Source of the DNA: Longimicrobiales bacterium | GTDB taxonomy: Bacteria > Gemmatimonadota > Gemmatimonadetes > Longimicrobiales > Gaopeijiaceae | Assembly (NCBI GenBank): GCA_965219445.1 | Contig: CBDCNQ010000005.1 | Span: 1,568,001 to 1,632,000, forward strand | Direction of reading: 5' to 3' | DNA length: 64,000 bases | Shown: positions 62,530 to 64,000 of the stretch, piece after piece | Layout of the letters: each line of letters begins with the position of its first letter | How positions within the stretch are numbered: position 1 is the stretch's first letter | Position numbers and translations under genes: made by a program | Notes under the pieces: model-generated | Told to the model about the DNA's origin: nothing | Databases searched by the model: none | What the model saw: the letters and a program-made list of their open reading frames with translations, nothing else

Positions 62530-62757
62530 GACCCTGCGAGCGCACCCCTCCCCACCCTGAGTCGTCGACCGGGCAATCCAAACCATGCGGACGCCGACGG
62601 TCAAAAAATGAGCCGACGGCGCGTGGGGAAGGTGCGTCTTGACCGCCAGCCCCATAGAAGGGTGTGTAAAAAAAGAGGCGACGTACCTTTCCGCTAGGTA
62701 GTAAGAAGTTAACCAGCGAATCCCGGGTGAGCGCCCGGGGGAAAGGAACGATGCCTC

Positions 62758-64000
62758 GTGAGGAAGAATATGGTGGGACCCGAGAGTGAGTCCAGCACGC
62801 CGACGTGGGAGTGCTTGGAAGCGCTGGTTCGTGAGAAGGCCCAGGAGATGGTCCAGCGGATTCTGGAGGAGGAAGTGACGGAGTTGCTCGGCCGGGAGAA
62901 GTCGGAGCGGAAGACGGTCGTAGACCCGGCGCCAGGCTACCGCAACGGCTACGGCAAGGCTCGGCGGCTGGCGATGAGCTCGGGCACGATCATGCTCCGA
63001 CGGCCCCGGGTTCGAGGCATTGAGGAGCGGTTCGAGAGTCGGGTGTTGCCGTTGTTCGCACGACGGACGAAGGAGGTGGGTGCTCTGCTTCCGGAGCTGT
63101 ATCTGCACGGGCTGGCGGAGGGAGACTTCGAGCTGGCGATGCGGGGCCTGCTGGGCGAGGGGGCCCCGTTGTCGAAGTCTTCGATTTGGCGGCTGCGGGC
63201 GGGATGGACAAGGAAATTCGAGGAATGGTCGAAGCGCTCGCTGGCCGACCGTGAGGTCGTCTACGTCTGGGCGGACGGGATCTACGTGAAGGCGGGGCTC
63301 GAGCGGGACAAGGCAGCGCTGCTGGTGGTTCTCGGTGCGATGCGAGATGGTACGAAGGAGGTGTTGGCCCTGAGATCGGGCTACCGAGAGTCGGTCGAGT
63401 CCTGGTCCGAGGTGTTGCGGGATCTGAAGGCACGCGGCATCGAGGCGCCCCGGCTTTTGATGGCGGACGGCAACGCGGCGATCTGGGGCGCAGTACGGCA
63501 GGTATGGCCTGAGGCGGGCGAGCAACGGTGCTGGAACCACAAGATGAGGAACGTGCTGGACCGGCTGCCTCAGCGGGAGCAGAGCGAGGCGAAGGACCTT
63601 CTCAGGACCGTGGTCTACGCACCGAGGCGGTCCGAGGCGCTGAAGGCCCGTGAGGCGTTCGCCAGGCGCTACAGACCGTGGTATCCGAAGGCGGTGGATG
63701 TACTCGAGGACGACTGGGAGCGGATGGTGGCGTTCTACGACTTCCCCGAGGACCACTGGAAGCATCTACGCACGACGAACGTGGTCGAGAGCCCCTTTGC
63801 CGCAGTACGGCTCAGGACAACGGCGGCGAAGCGCTTCAAGCGGGTCGAGAGCGCTACGGCGCTGATCTGGAAGCTGCTCTTGGTGGCGGAGAAGCGCTTC
63901 AGAAGGCTCGACGCTCCTCACCTCCTCAAGGACGTATTTGAAGGAAGAAAGTTCGAAGACGGAAAGCCCGTCTCAACCCAACAGCGGAAAAACGCCGCCT
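62758..64000 (+). CDS. IS256-family transposase, copy 2 (stop codon cut by the window edge)
   Basis: Matches 45342-46586. Confidence 0.9.
   Translation, partial: MRKNMVGPESESSTPTWECLEALVREKAQEMVQRILEEEVTELLGREKSERKTVVDPAPGYRNGYGKARRLAMSSGTIMLRRPRVRGIEERFESRVLPLFARRTKEVGALLPELYLHGLAEGDFELAMRGLLGEGAPLSKSSIWRLRAGWTRKFEEWSKRSLADREVVYVWADGIYVKAGLERDKAALLVVLGAMRDGTKEVLALRSGYRESVESWSEVLRDLKARGIEAPRLLMADGNAAIWGAVRQVWPEAGEQRCWNHKMRNVLDRLPQREQSEAKDLLRTVVYAPRRSEALKAREAFARRYRPWYPKAVDVLEDDWERMVAFYDFPEDHWKHLRTTNVVESPFAAVRLRTTAAKRFKRVESATALIWKLLLVAEKRFRRLDAPHLLKDVFEGRKFEDGKPVSTQQRKNAA

Larger units (their letters stand above)
61066..62661 (+). mobile_element. IS110/IS1111-type element, copy 2
   Basis: GG cores at 61064-65 and 62660-61; near-identical to copy 1 (one difference seen: atgccg vs atgccc before the start). 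Confidence 0.88.
61050..64000 (+). mobile_element. IS256-family element, copy 2, left IR split by IS110 (runs off the window)
   Basis: Starts gagctaggatcaaagg and resumes gtgtgtaaa at 62662; matches copy 1. Confidence 0.88.

Noticed and set aside
43126..64000. Composite transposon formed by the two IS256::IS110 units around ~14.4 kb of cargo
   Set aside because: Copy 1 has its own direct repeat on both sides and splits a local ORF, which points to an independent insertion; the far end of copy 2 is outside the window

Overview
High-GC bacterial window; gene content suggests Gemmatimonadota (inference only). 1-20 kb is mostly housekeeping: fRMsr-type GAF protein, glcDEF, an M20/GNAT/OSBS-NSAR trio, NAD salvage, a heme-less frdABCD and a lone MshEN-GspE ATPase. 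20.7-38.5 kb is a long minus-strand respiratory cluster: ferredoxin, Mrp, Zn-ribbon/PCP_red protein, ABC transporter, USP/PCP_red protein, radical SAM-SPASM/PCP_red protein, a CydA-like subunit without CydB, ActD fused to a diheme cytochrome c, two further c-type cytochromes, a cupredoxin-like lipoprotein and an A1-type heme-copper oxidase. A ~303 bp MITE sits exactly on the coxIII stop codon. From ~41.4 kb the window is an IS-rich accessory region. The standout signal is an IS110/IS1111-type recombinase element found twice, both times inserted at the same GG inside the left terminal inverted repeat of an IS256 element. Its 3' non-coding end contains a stem-loop whose unpaired strands match both sides of that target, plus a donor match and a predicted circle-junction promoter: a readable candidate bridge/seek RNA aimed at another transposon. 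Cargo includes ispH, a squalene synthase-like gene, LOG, a Tsx-like porin, a SpoIIE/RsbW/STAS module and an MpaB/Lcp-like oxygenase. I saw no rRNA, tRNA or CRISPR array. All calls are by eye, without database searches.
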